A DNA stretch of 64,000 nt from a candidate division FCPU426 bacterium (GTDB lineage: Bacteria > Oederibacteriota > PGYV01 > Palsa-1178): assembly GCA_963840035.1 (NCBI GenBank), contig CAWIXE010000002.1, forward strand, positions 1,504,001 to 1,568,000, written 5' to 3'. The translations under genes were made by a program, and so were the position numbers. Positions within the stretch are counted from its first letter, which is position 1, and every line of letters starts with the position of its first letter. The notes beneath the pieces were generated by a model. That model did no database searches and was not told where the DNA came from. It saw only the letters and a program-made list of their open reading frames with translations. Below are positions 28,845-38,821 of this stretch, one piece after another.

Positions 28845-30950
28845 TTACCCGCGGCCGCCCGTGAATTTCGTGGACAGCTGCTCTTTTATGTTATTGGGAA
28901 CCGGTTCATACTTTGCGAACTGCATTGTATAGTTCGCGCGGCCCTGGCTCATTGAGCGAAGGTCTGTGGCGTATCCGAACATGTCCCCGAGCGGAACAAA
29001 ACACCTGATGTGGGTTGCTTTTCCCCTTTTCTCGAGGTTCTCTATCCTTCCGCGCCTGGAACTCAAGTTGCCTATGATATCTCCCATGAAGTCTTCGGGA
29101 GTAACTACCTCAACGTCCATGATGGGCTCGAGTATCTGCGGGTTGGCTTTCCTGAAAGCATCCTTAAACGCCATGGAAGCCGCTATCTTAAAGGACATTT
29201 CCGACGAGTCAACTTCGTGGAACGAACCGTCATTAACAGTGATCCTTATGTCGTTTACAGGGTAGCCTGCGATAACTCCGATTGCCATGGCTTCCTGGAT
29301 ACCTTTATCTATAGCCGGTATGTATTCCCTGGGGATTACGCCGCCGACAATGTCATTTACAAATTCATAGCCTTTGCCGCGCTCAAGCGGTTCGATCTCG
29401 AGGCAAACGTGTCCGTACTGCCCGCGTCCGCCGGTCTGCCTTATGTACTTGCCTTCGGCTTCGGCTTTGCCCGATATGGTCTCTCTATATGATACTTCAG
29501 GTTTGCCGACATTGGCCTCAACCTTAAACTCCCTTTTCATCCTGTCCACGATAATTTCAAGGTGAAGCTCTCCCATACCCGAAATAATGGTCTGGGCTGT
29601 TTCTTCATCGGTCCTGACCCTGAAAGTCGGATCTTCTTCAGCGAGCTTTGAAAGAGCAAAGCCCATCTTTTCCTGGTCAGCCTTTGTCTTGGGTTCAACA
29701 GCGACAAAGATAACCGGTTCCGGGAATACCATCTTTTCGAGTACGACCGCGTTGTCTTCCGTGCATATGGTATCGCCCGTGAAAGAATCCTTAAGTCCTA
29801 TGCCGGCCACGATGTCTCCGGTGTACGCTTCTTTAATTTCTTCCCTGTGATTGGCGTGCATCCTGATAAGGCGGCCGATCCTCTCGGTCTTGTCCTTGGC
29901 AGAATTATAAACGTAGGAACCCGAAGAGAGCATTCCTGAATAGATCCTGAAATAAGTCAGCCTTCCGACGAACGGGTCTGACATGATTTTAAATACTATG
30001 GCGGTGAAAGGCTCGGAGTCATCCGGCTTCCTGTATACTATAAGGTCTTTTCCTTCTGCGTCCACGTGGTGCGGGTCAAAACCCTGTACCGGAGGTATGT
30101 CGAGCGGGGAAGGCAGGTAGTCAACAACCGCGTCTAAAAGCGGCTGAACACCCTTATTTTTAAATGCTGTGCCGCAAAGGACCGGCACTATTTTGAATTC
30201 AAGGGTTGCTTTACGTATTGCTTTCTTTAATAGGTCTATCGGAAGTTCTTTGCCTTCGAGGGCGAGTTCCATAAGAGTGTCATCAAACTCGGCTACTGAA
30301 TCAACAAGCTTTTCCCTCCACTTTTTAGCGTCTGCCTGGAGTTCCGGCCTGATGGCTTTGTAATCAAATATAGCGCCCAGCTCTTCATTGTGCCAGACGA
30401 TTTCCTGCATTTTTACGAGGTCAACGATTCCTTCAAACTTGTCTTCCGCGCCTATCGGGAGGCAAAGCGGGACCGGGTTCGCGTTGAGCTTTTCTTCGAC
30501 AGTGCCTATCGACATCCAAAAATCGGCGCCGATCCTGTCCATCTTATTAAAGAATATGAGCCTTGGCACTTTGTATTTGTTAGCCTGGCGCCAGACTGTT
30601 TCAGTCTGGGGCTCAACGCCGTTAACCGAGTCAAAAACCGTTACGGCTCCGTCAAGTATACGCAGCGACCTTTCAACTTCGATTGTGAAGTCTACATGGC
30701 CCGGTGTGTCGATAATATTAATCCTGTGATCATTCCACATGCAGGTAGTGGCGGCTGACGTAATCGTGATGCCGCGCTCCTGTTCCTGTTCCATCCAGTC
30801 CATGGTGGCCGCGCCCTCATGAACTTCGCCTATCTTATGTGTCTTTCCTGTATAGTAAAGTATGCGCTCTGTAAGGGTCGTTTTACCGGCGTCAATGTGC
30901 GCCATTATTCCGATGTTCCTCGTCTTCAGCAGTGAAAATTCTCTTGGCAT
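28845..30950 (-). CDS. fusA: Elongation factor G
   Basis: [34 protein letters not shown]. Confidence 0.99.
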   Translation of the reverse strand: MPREFSLLKTRNIGIMAHIDAGKTTLTERILYYTGKTHKIGEVHEGAATMDWMEQEQERGITITSAATTCMWNDHRINIIDTPGHVDFTIEVERSLRILDGAVTVFDSVNGVEPQTETVWRQANKYKVPRLIFFNKMDRIGADFWMSIGTVEEKLNANPVPLCLPIGAEDKFEGIVDLVKMQEIVWHNEELGAIFDYKAIRPELQADAKKWREKLVDSVAEFDDTLMELALEGKELPIDLLKKAIRKATLEFKIVPVLCGTAFKNKGVQPLLDAVVDYLPSPLDIPPVQGFDPHHVDAEGKDLIVYRKPDDSEPFTAIVFKIMSDPFVGRLTYFRIYSGMLSSGSYVYNSAKDKTERIGRLIRMHANHREEIKEAYTGDIVAGIGLKDSFTGDTICTEDNAVVLEKMVFPEPVIFVAVEPKTKADQEKMGFALSKLAEEDPTFRVRTDEETAQTIISGMGELHLEIIVDRMKREFKVEANVGKPEVSYRETISGKAEAEGKYIRQTGGRGQYGHVCLEIEPLERGKGYEFVNDIVGGVIPREYIPAIDKGIQEAMAIGVIAGYPVNDIRITVNDGSFHEVDSSEMSFKIAASMAFKDAFRKANPQILEPIMDVEVVTPEDFMGDIIGNLSSRRGRIENLEKRGKATHIRCFVPLGDMFGYATDLRSMSQGRANYTMQFAKYEPVPNNIKEQLSTKFTGGRG

Positions 30951-31046
30951 GGTACCGTTTCTCCTAATTTGTTTTGAATTTCATTTGTTCGTCGTTCTTG
31001 TTCTATACTCACCCTTGCGCTATGGGCTCTGGGCTTTGCTGCTTGT

Positions 31047-31514
31047 TTACCAGCGGTAATGCGCAAACGCCTTATTCGCGTCCGCCATCTTATGCGTATC
31101 TTCTTTCTTTTTAATCGCTCCGCCCTGGTTGTTTAAAGCGGCTAATAATTCATTTGCAAGCCTTTCATATGTTTTCTTTTCTTTTCTTTCCCTGACCGCG
31201 TTGATAAGCCAACGGATAGCCAGCGACTGCCTTCTTTCCGGCGCTACTTCTACCGGAATCTGGTAATTGGCTCCGCCGATCCTTCTGGTCTTAAGCTCGA
31301 GAAGCGGCTTGATATTTTCTATAGCCGTCTTGAGCGAAGCGATAGGGTCTTTGCCCTGTTTTTCAATAACTTCAAGGGCGTCATAAACTATGGCTTCAGC
31401 GGTAGCTTTCCTGCCCTGAAGCATCATGCAGTTTATAAGCTTCATGACAGTCTGGCTGTTAAACTTTGTATCCGGCGCAACTTCCCTTTTTACTACTCTT
31501 TTTCTCCTAGGCAT
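31047..31514 (-). CDS. rpsG: 30S protein S7
   Basis: MPRR, RRIGGANYQIP, HKMA.ANKAFAHYRW. Confidence 0.98.
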   Translation of the reverse strand: MPRRKRVVKREVAPDTKFNSQTVMKLINCMMLQGRKATAEAIVYDALEVIEKQGKDPIASLKTAIENIKPLLELKTRRIGGANYQIPVEVAPERRQSLAIRWLINAVRERKEKKTYERLANELLAALNNQGGAIKKKEDTHKMADANKAFAHYRW

Positions 31515-31568
31515 ATCTTGTAACTCCTTTATCTTTTATTGCTTTATTTTTCATCGTTCATCAACCAT

Positions 31569-31600
31569 ATTGGTCATTAGTAATTGGTAATTAGTAATTA
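31569..31600. repeat. Heptamer array at the rpsL stop
   Basis: ATTGGTC ATTAGTA ATTGGTA ATTAGTA. Confidence 0.85.
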
Positions 31601-31984
31601 AGCCTTTTTCTCTTTTTTAGGGGCTTTAGCGCCGTACTTTGAACGGCTCTGCTTCCTGTCAGCCACACCCTGTGTGTCGAGTGTTCCGCGTACGATGTGA
31701 TAACGTACGCCCGGAAGATCTTTTACCCTGCCGCCCCTGATGAGCACGATTGAGTGCTCCTGAAGGTTATGGCCTACGCCCGGTATGTAGCATGTGACTT
31801 CCTGTTTGTTGGAAAGCCTTACCCTTGCTACTTTTCTCAAGGCTGAATTCGGTTTTTTCGGGGTTACTGTGTAAACCCTGGTGCATACGCCCCTCTTCTG
31901 AGGACATGATTTAAGCGCGGGCGCTTTTGTTTTTACTCTGACTTTATTTCTTTTGTGTCTTACTAACTGATTGATTGTAGGCAA
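31598..31984 (-). CDS. rpsL: 30S protein S12
   Basis: [32 protein letters not shown] start. Confidence 0.99.
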   Translation of the reverse strand: MPTINQLVRHKRNKVRVKTKAPALKSCPQKRGVCTRVYTVTPKKPNSALRKVARVRLSNKQEVTCYIPGVGHNLQEHSIVLIRGGRVKDLPGVRYHIVRGTLDTQGVADRKQSRSKYGAKAPKKEKKA

Positions 31985-32129
31985 ACTAAAGCCTCCTTTA
32001 ACAATTTTTGTTTCTGTAACAAATAAAAAAAGACGGCAGAAACTGTCTCTTTACCGTCTTTTGGTTATTACTTACTTATAATTACCAATTAAATCGGCTA
32101 AAAAGAACCTTTTCTAAAAACGCCTGAGT

Positions 32130-32157
32130 ATTATATCCAAAAACGAATTATTGTCAA
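32130..32157 (-). promoter_or_regulatory. Sigma70 promoter of the str operon
   Basis: TTGACA-16-TATAAT. Confidence 0.75.
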
Positions 32158-32482
32158 CTATAAAATAGATTTATTTTCATCTTCCCTCCCCTTTCCCAAA
32201 GGGGAGGGCCAGGGTAGGGATTGGTGCTGTAAACAGCCTTATTTTTAAGGGTTTTTATGGATTTTGGCATTCGTAACAGGCAGGCTAAAAACAGAGTAAT
32301 TAACAACCATTATAATTTACTTTAATAAAAATATCAGTTTTTGCATTGTAAAACCTAAATATTTTTTTATTTATTTATTTTTACACGCCGTTTGCGGTAT
32401 TGCTCTGATCCGCCATATACCAAACAAAAGCGATAATGCCGACGAGTAAAACAGTCCCCGGAATAAATCCTCTACCAAAGAC

Positions 32483-32893
32483 TTATTTAAAGCCATTAAG
32501 CTCAAAAAACTTTGCAGGGGTGCAGATCGCTACGTTTCTGTGTTTACCCTGCGGAAAATGCTTTATATTTCCCGTTATCATATATTCGGCGTTACACGCT
32601 ACAGCTGTTTCCAGAAACTTTCTGTCGTCTTTGTGTATTTTCGCTCCCTGAAGGTCTGCTGTTTTATCATTGGTATCTGAATATAGCCTTATGAATTTCA
32701 TAAAATCACCGATATTCGCCCTGTTAAACCCGAACTTTTCCCTTTTAAGCACTTCTTCGTATTCAAATAGTATATCCTCGCTTACAGCCGTCCGTAAACC
32801 GCCTTCGAGCGTCATATCCACTATTTTAGCCGGGATGCCGTCCGGGTTTAAGAACGCGGAAACAATGACATTCGTATCAATCACAACTATCAT
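32483..32893 (-). CDS. PIN-domain toxin (putative TA system)
   Basis: VVIDTNVIVSA, EYEEVL.R.KF, DD.KFLE.A, ITGN.KHF. Confidence 0.9.
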   Translation of the reverse strand: MIVVIDTNVIVSAFLNPDGIPAKIVDMTLEGGLRTAVSEDILFEYEEVLKREKFGFNRANIGDFMKFIRLYSDTNDKTADLQGAKIHKDDRKFLETAVACNAEYMITGNIKHFPQGKHRNVAICTPAKFFELNGFK

Positions 32894-33162
32894 TTTTTTG
32901 CCTTTTTCCTCACCGCCTGAATTTCCTTTTCAATCTCTTCACTGCTTATATCCTTTGCAGCCGACCTTCTCATGTTATTGACAGCTTTTTTTGCCATTAA
33001 AGCCGTTGTTTCCTTCAGCATAAACTCAAAATCATCCTCGCTCGTCGGGAGTATAAGGCCTATCGGCTTCCCATTAAGCGTCAACACAGACTCTTCCCTG
33101 CTGATTAGTTCCCTTGTTTTCTTGTTTTTTGCAGACAGGTCGCGGACCGTAATAAACTTCAT
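32890..33162 (-). CDS. Phd/YefM-like antitoxin
   Basis: MKFITVRDL...VLTLNGKP; 4-nt overlap with the PIN gene. Confidence 0.8.
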   Translation of the reverse strand: MKFITVRDLSAKNKKTRELISREESVLTLNGKPIGLILPTSEDDFEFMLKETTALMAKKAVNNMRRSAAKDISSEEIEKEIQAVRKKAKK

Positions 33163-33236
33163 AAAGCACCTCCTATAGTCTTACTATAAAGATATCATAT
33201 GTAGTACAATTAGTCAACATTAATACAACATGTAAG

Positions 33237-33698
33237 CTACCTGATTATCAATATAACCACCGTTGCCGCCAGTATTGCCCCTAAGCTTATCCCCATTATC
33301 ACCTTCATCTGCACGTTCTCTTCCTTTATCTGGTTAATATCCATCTGCATGGCTGATATTGACTTATAAGCCTCGTACTGCGCTATCTGCATTTCTTCCG
33401 TTGTTGGCGGGAATTTAAAGAGCGGGTTTGTCTTCTGAGTTACGGCAGCCAGGCTGCTGTTGTTGTTGCTTGAGTTGGTCTCGTCCTTTACCGGCTCTTC
33501 CTTCTTTTTGTTTATGGATTTTATCTTTGCCACCGGTATCTTATACGACCGCTGTCCGTCGTTAACGGTAATATCGTTGGTTGCCCTGCTGATGATGGCG
33601 GCGTCCACCATGGAACCGTCTTTAAGGTAAATGAGTTCGGCGAAAAGGTTGGTGAAAAGGAAGATAAAGACAAGTGAAAGCGATATTGTTTTTTTCAT
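33237..33698 (-). CDS. Hypothetical exported protein with a C-terminal membrane anchor
   Basis: Signal peptide, IYLKDGS small beta domain, coiled segment, C-terminal TM helix. Confidence 0.6.
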   Translation of the reverse strand: MKKTISLSLVFIFLFTNLFAELIYLKDGSMVDAAIISRATNDITVNDGQRSYKIPVAKIKSINKKKEEPVKDETNSSNNNSSLAAVTQKTNPLFKFPPTTEEMQIAQYEAYKSISAMQMDINQIKEENVQMKVIMGISLGAILAATVVILIIR

Positions 33699-33715
33699 TT
33701 TTCCCCATTTCTGTT

Positions 33716-33867
33716 GTAGTCGCACCCTCTACGTTTAACCGGGGTGCGTACGCGGTGGTTTGATACATGCCGAGCCTTTATTAGTCGCAGGCCGGTGGGA
33801 CGAAGGCCTGCGACTACGAAATATTACAACAACCGGCCCTCGGGCCGACACATAGGTCTGCCCCTAC
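33716..33867. repeat. GTAG-type REP cluster
   Basis: GTAGTCGCACCC..GGGTGCG; GTCGCAGGCC..GGCCTGCGACTAC; CGGGCCGACACATAGGTCTGCCCCTAC (1 mismatch to 8672-8698). Confidence 0.8.
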
Positions 33868-33875
33868 AGGGAAGG

Positions 33876-33914
33876 CATTCTCAATCTAAAATCTACAATC
33901 TAAAATCTACAATT
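33876..33914. repeat. Heptamer array overlapping the gluconokinase C-terminus and stop
   Basis: AATCTAA AATCTAC AATCTAA AATCTAC. Confidence 0.85.
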
Positions 33915-34375
33915 TCGTTAACTATCTCATCCACGCTCTTTGTTATATCGCACACTATCGCGTTCCTTGGCTCTTCAAGGGTTACGAACTGGCTGTCCAG
34001 GATGGCGGGGTTCACAAAGTGGCCTTTACGTTCTTTTATGCGGCCCCTTATTGTTTCCCTCGTTCCTTTCAGGTATACCAGCTTTATTTCCGGGTGATTG
34101 CTCATTAAGACGCTTCTATATTTGTCCTTAAGCGCTGAACACGCTATAACGCTGACGTTCCCCGCTGCCAGGTCCGCTTCTATCACGCCTTTTACCGCTG
34201 AAAGCCACGGCCTGCGGTCCTCATCATTAAGCGGAATGCCGTTTGACATCTTTTCCCTGTTCGCTTCGGGATGATAATCATCAGCATCCCTGAAAACCCC
34301 TTTCAACCTCGCCGCGAGTTTTTCCCCCACGGTAGTCTTGCCCGAACCAAGCACTCCCATTACGATATATACCAT
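33893..34375 (-). CDS. gntK: Gluconokinase (GntK/IdnK type)
   Basis: MGV.GSGKTTVG, DADDYHP.AN..KM..G.PL.D.DR.PWL, ACSALK..YR, GHF...LDSQF.TLEEP. Confidence 0.92.
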   Translation of the reverse strand: MVYIVMGVLGSGKTTVGEKLAARLKGVFRDADDYHPEANREKMSNGIPLNDEDRRPWLSAVKGVIEADLAAGNVSVIACSALKDKYRSVLMSNHPEIKLVYLKGTRETIRGRIKERKGHFVNPAILDSQFVTLEEPRNAIVCDITKSVDEIVNEIVDFRL

Positions 34376-34416
34376 GTTACCTCATTTACTCTTTTTTTAA
34401 CTATAATATTATTCAT

Positions 34417-34445
34417 ATTATAAGGCAGGCTACCAATAAAGTCAA
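34417..34445 (-). promoter_or_regulatory. Sigma70 promoter for the gluconokinase gene
   Basis: TTGACT-17-TATAAT. Confidence 0.7.
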
Positions 34446-34476
34446 ACCTGCAAAGACAACCTGCAAAGACAAGTTC

Positions 34477-34502
34477 CGGGCGAGCCACCGGCTCGCCCCT
34501 AC
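34477..34502. repeat. GTAG-type REP singlet
   Basis: GGGCGAGCC-ACC-GGCTCGCCCCTAC. Confidence 0.8.
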
Positions 34503-34539
34503 GAAAACAAAAAACCAAACATTTTATAAACCTAAAATC

Positions 34540-34567
34540 AAAAGGCCCGGATTGCTCCGGGCCTTTT
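34540..34567 (-). terminator. Terminator after rpoC
   Basis: AAAAGGCCCGGA-TTGC-TCCGGGCCTTTT. Confidence 0.85.
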
Positions 34568-34576
34568 GTATGTCAC

Positions 34577-34615
34577 AACTTTCAGCTTTCAGCTTCAAGT
34601 TGTAAGCTGCAGTTA
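34577..34615. repeat. Heptamer array at the rpoC stop
   Basis: AACTTTC AGCTTTC AGCTTCA AGTTGTA. Confidence 0.8.
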
Positions 34616-37600
34616 CTCTTCTTTCTCTTCCTTCGCTTCCTCATCCACTTCTTCCTTCGCCTCGCCTATTTCCGCGTCTTCGGTCATTTCTTCGTCCTTT
34701 TTGGACCTTTTGACCTTCTTACGCTCTACCTTCTTGAACTTGGCGAATTCCGCGACTCCGGTACCGGCTGAGATCAGGTGGCCGATGATAACGTTCTCTT
34801 TAAGCCCCTTTAAGTAGTCTATCTTTCCGTTCACAGCGGCGTCAATTAAGACCCTCGTTGTTTCCTGGAAGGAAGCTGCCGATACCCATGACTCGGTGGA
34901 AAGAGCTGCCTTGGTGATGCCAAGCAGGAGCGGCTTTGCCTTTGCGGGCGCCTTTTTCTCTTTTTCCATCTTTTCATTTTCTATCTGGAATTCGAACCTG
35001 TCAACCTGCTCGTCGATGAGGAACTTCGTGTCTCCCGCGTCGTCGATCCTTACTTTTTTCATCATCTGGTGTACCATGACCTCGATGTGCTTGTCATGGA
35101 TGGTCACACCCTGAAGGCGGTAAACTTCCTGTACCTTGTTTAAGAGGTACTCCTGCACGGCGTTTTCTCCCTGTACCTGGAGAATGTCGTGCGGGTTGAT
35201 GTTTCCGTCTATTAACTGTTCGCCGGCCGCCACTTCATCGCCCTCGCGGACGTTTACGTATTTGCCGTGCGGTATCTGGTAGTCCCTCTCGGTGCCGCTG
35301 TCATTCCTGATCATGATCTTGCGCACGCCGGTTGAGGACTCTTCAAACCTTACTTTACCCTCGATCTCGGAAATGATCGCCGGGTTCTTCGGCCTGCGCG
35401 CTTCGAAAAGTTCTGCTACGCGCGGGAGGCCTCCGGTGATGTCGCGGGTCTTGGAAAGTTCCCTTGGGAACTTCGCGAGTATCTGTCCGGCAGAGACTCT
35501 CTGTCCGTCTTCAAGCTCAACCCTTGCGCCGACCGGTATCGAATAAGAAGCGATTGTCTCGCCCTTATTGTCCACGATCGAAACGTGCGGGTATTTTTTC
35601 TTATCGCGCGATTCCACGATGAATTTGCCGAGCGTTCCCGTTGTCGAGTCCGCCTGTTCAATCATGGTTTCGTTCTCGATAATATCCTCGAACTTGACCT
35701 TACCTTCTTTTTCCGTGAAGATCGGTATGTTGTAAAGGTCCCACAGCCCGAGAATATCGTCTTTCTTTACGGACTGTCCGTCCTTTACCTTCAATATTGT
35801 TCCGTAAGCTATATGGTGCAGTTCGCGCTCGACCTTTTTATCATCATATATGGATATTTCGCCGTTCCTGTTTGTTACGATCATGTCTCCGGCGTCGTTC
35901 TTGACGTACTTCAGGTTCGATATCATGATGATACCGTCGTGTTTGGCCTTTAACTCGGACTGTTCAACGACGCGCGACGCGGTACCTCCGACGTGGAAGG
36001 TACGCAATGTCAGCTGGGTTCCCGGTTCGCCGATGGACTGCGCGGCGATGATACCGACTGCTTCGCCGAGTTCCACGATCTTGCCGGTGGTTAAGTCAGC
36101 GCCGTAACACTTTGCGCAGCAGCCTGTGACCGCTTCGCAGGTGAGTACGGAACGCACCCTGATACGCTCATATCCTGTTTCTTCTATTCTTTTTGCGATT
36201 TCAGGGGTGATAAGCTCGTTAGCCTTTACAATGACATCGTCATTGATGAGGTCCACGATATTATCAAGGGCGACCCTCCACATTATCCTGTCGGATAAAG
36301 CTTCGATGACTTCGCCGCCTTCCTTTATCGCCATTACGTTGATACCGTTGATGGTGTTGCAGTCGTTTTCAGTGATGATAACGTCCTGCGCCACGTCGAT
36401 TAACCTTCTCGTTAAGTATCCTGCTTCGGCGGTTTTTAAGGCCGTATCCGCAAGACCTTTACGCGCTCCGTGGGTGGAGATGAAGTACTCAAGAACAGTC
36501 AGGCCTTCCCTGAAGTTGGACCTAATCGGCGTCTCGATGATTTCACCGATGCCTCCGGTCATTTTCTTCTGGGGTTTCGCCATGAGTCCCCTCATTCCCG
36601 CGAGCTGCCTGATCTGGAGTTTTGAGCCCCTGGCGCCCGAGTCTACCATCATGTAGACGGGATTGAAGCTGTCCTGGTCCTGAGCAAGTTCTTTTATCAT
36701 GTAGTCGGCGACTTTATCAGTGGCCGTTGTCCATTTGTCGATGATGGCGTTGTAACGTTCGCCCTCGGTAATAATACCGTCATCGTACCTCTTCCTGATG
36801 GCCAGCGTTTCCTTGTCAGCCTTCTTTACTATCTCTTCCTTTTCACTCGGAATCAAAAGGTCGTTAATGCCGATGGTAAATCCGGCAAGCGACGCGTACT
36901 TAAACCCGAGTTCTTTCATCTTGTCGAGCACTTCTGCCGCGGATTTTGAACCGTAGCGCTCAAATATAACTCCGACAAGTTTTCCAATCTGTTTCTTGTC
37001 CATCTTTATGTTTACATATTCCATCTGCTCTGGCAGGATCTTGTTAAATATGATCCTTCCGGCGGTGGTTTCAACTTTTTTGGACTTCATCTTCACGTCG
37101 ATGAACTCATGGATTTCTATGCATCCATGGTCAAACGCGATCATCGCTTCGGCGCTTGAGAAGAAGCTCCTCTTTCTTTCAGGCTTGTTAATACGCTCTT
37201 TATTGAGGTAGTAAAGCCCGAGCACGATGTCCTGATTCGGGACGATAATCGGCTTTCCTGACGCGGGGTCAAGAATGTTAAGCGGCGCGAGCATGAGCAG
37301 TTTCGCTTCTGTCTGCGCCTCATACGAAAGAGGAACGTGAACCGCGAGCTGGTCTCCGTCAAAGTCGGCGTTAAAGCCTCCGCAAACGAGCGGGTGCAGC
37401 GTTATCGCGTTTCCTTCGACAAGTATCGGCTCAAATGCCTGGATTGAGTGCCTGTGGAGTGTCGGCGCGCGGTTTAACAGGACTAAATGGTCTTCGAGGA
37501 TCTCCTCTAAGATGTCCCATACTTCCGGCCTGACGTTCTCGACTATTTTCTTGGCGCTCTTTATGGTGTGTCCGATTTCCTGTATCTTATTGATGATGAA

Positions 37601-38821
37601 CGGCTTGAAAAGCTCAAGCGCTATCTTCTTTGGCAGTCCGCACTGGTAAAGCTTCAGGGTGGGGCCAACGACTACGACCGAACGGCCTGAATAGTCAACG
37701 CGCTTACCGAGAAGATTCTGCCTGAAGCGTCCCTGCTTTCCTTTTAACATGTCGGAAAGTGATTTAAGCGGCCTGTTTCTGGCGCCCCTTACCGGGTGCC
37801 CGCGCCTTCCATTATCAAAAAGCGCGTCAATGGCTTCCTGTATCATCCTCTTTTCATTCTTGATGATAAGCTCGGGAGAATTGATTGAAATAAGCTTTTT
37901 TAACCTGTTGTTCCTGTTGATGATCCTTCTGTAAAGGTCGTTTAAGTCGGAAGTAACGAACCTTCCGCCGTCAAGCTGGACTAAGGGGCGTAATTCCGGC
38001 GGTATCACCGGCACTGCCTCGAGGATCATCCATTCGGGAATGTTGCCCGATTTCCTGAAAGCCTCGACGACTTTAAGCCTCTTAATAATGTCCTTTTTCT
38101 TCTGGAGGGATACGGTCTTAACAAGCTCCTTCCTTAAATCTTTAGCGAGCTTGTCTATGTCCTTTTCCTTCAGAAGCGCTTTTATGGCGTCGGCGCCGAT
38201 CTTTACGTTGATCGTGTCGCCGTATTTCTCTTTGGTCCTTATATAATCATCCTCGTTCAGAAGTTCATATTTTTTAACGTCTGTCGCGGCGGCCGGGTCG
38301 ATGACTATGTAGTTTTCATAGTAGATGACCCTTTCCAGATTCCTTGCCGAAATGTTCAGCAGGTAAGCGAGTTTTGACGGGATGCCCTTTAAGTACCATA
38401 TGTGAACGACCGGTACCGCGAGGTCAATATGCCCCATCCTTTCCCTTCTTACTTTTGCCTCTGTCACTTCGACTCCGCATTTGTCGCAGACTACGCCTTT
38501 ATAGCGCTGCTTCTTGTACTTTCCGCAGGCGCACTCGTAATCCTTGGTCGGCCCGAAAATTCTCTCGCAGAAAAGCCCCTCAAACTCAGGCTTGAATGTC
38601 CTGTAATTGATTGTCTCGGGTTTTTTGACCTCGCCGAACGACCATTTTTTGATCATCTCAGGCGATGCGATCGAAATCTTTATGGCGTTAAAATCAATCT
38701 CCCTGGCCTTTGGCTCTTCCTTGCCCTTTAACAGCTCATTTAAATTGAGCGGTACCGAAGGCATGGAATCCGGCAGTTCGAATTTTTCTTTGTCTTTTTT
38801 CTTCTTTTTGTCTTTAGCCAT
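34613..38821 (-). CDS. rpoC: RNA polymerase beta' subunit
   Basis: KPETINYRT, Zn finger, [35 protein letters not shown]. Confidence 0.99.
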   Translation of the reverse strand: MAKDKKKKKDKEKFELPDSMPSVPLNLNELLKGKEEPKAREIDFNAIKISIASPEMIKKWSFGEVKKPETINYRTFKPEFEGLFCERIFGPTKDYECACGKYKKQRYKGVVCDKCGVEVTEAKVRRERMGHIDLAVPVVHIWYLKGIPSKLAYLLNISARNLERVIYYENYIVIDPAAATDVKKYELLNEDDYIRTKEKYGDTINVKIGADAIKALLKEKDIDKLAKDLRKELVKTVSLQKKKDIIKRLKVVEAFRKSGNIPEWMILEAVPVIPPELRPLVQLDGGRFVTSDLNDLYRRIINRNNRLKKLISINSPELIIKNEKRMIQEAIDALFDNGRRGHPVRGARNRPLKSLSDMLKGKQGRFRQNLLGKRVDYSGRSVVVVGPTLKLYQCGLPKKIALELFKPFIINKIQEIGHTIKSAKKIVENVRPEVWDILEEILEDHLVLLNRAPTLHRHSIQAFEPILVEGNAITLHPLVCGGFNADFDGDQLAVHVPLSYEAQTEAKLLMLAPLNILDPASGKPIIVPNQDIVLGLYYLNKERINKPERKRSFFSSAEAMIAFDHGCIEIHEFIDVKMKSKKVETTAGRIIFNKILPEQMEYVNIKMDKKQIGKLVGVIFERYGSKSAAEVLDKMKELGFKYASLAGFTIGINDLLIPSEKEEIVKKADKETLAIRKRYDDGIITEGERYNAIIDKWTTATDKVADYMIKELAQDQDSFNPVYMMVDSGARGSKLQIRQLAGMRGLMAKPQKKMTGGIGEIIETPIRSNFREGLTVLEYFISTHGARKGLADTALKTAEAGYLTRRLIDVAQDVIITENDCNTINGINVMAIKEGGEVIEALSDRIMWRVALDNIVDLINDDVIVKANELITPEIAKRIEETGYERIRVRSVLTCEAVTGCCAKCYGADLTTGKIVELGEAVGIIAAQSIGEPGTQLTLRTFHVGGTASRVVEQSELKAKHDGIIMISNLKYVKNDAGDMIVTNRNGEISIYDDKKVERELHHIAYGTILKVKDGQSVKKDDILGLWDLYNIPIFTEKEGKVKFEDIIENETMIEQADSTTGTLGKFIVESRDKKKYPHVSIVDNKGETIASYSIPVGARVELEDGQRVSAGQILAKFPRELSKTRDITGGLPRVAELFEARRPKNPAIISEIEGKVRFEESSTGVRKIMIRNDSGTERDYQIPHGKYVNVREGDEVAAGEQLIDGNINPHDILQVQGENAVQEYLLNKVQEVYRLQGVTIHDKHIEVMVHQMMKKVRIDDAGDTKFLIDEQVDRFEFQIENEKMEKEKKAPAKAKPLLLGITKAALSTESWVSAASFQETTRVLIDAAVNGKIDYLKGLKENVIIGHLISAGTGVAEFAKFKKVERKKVKRSKKDEEMTEDAEIGEAKEEVDEEAKEEKEE

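Noticed and set aside
33744..34097. ORFs 33744-34097 (+) and 10832-11149 (+)
   Set aside because: Composed of REP and heptamer sequence and antisense to real genes.
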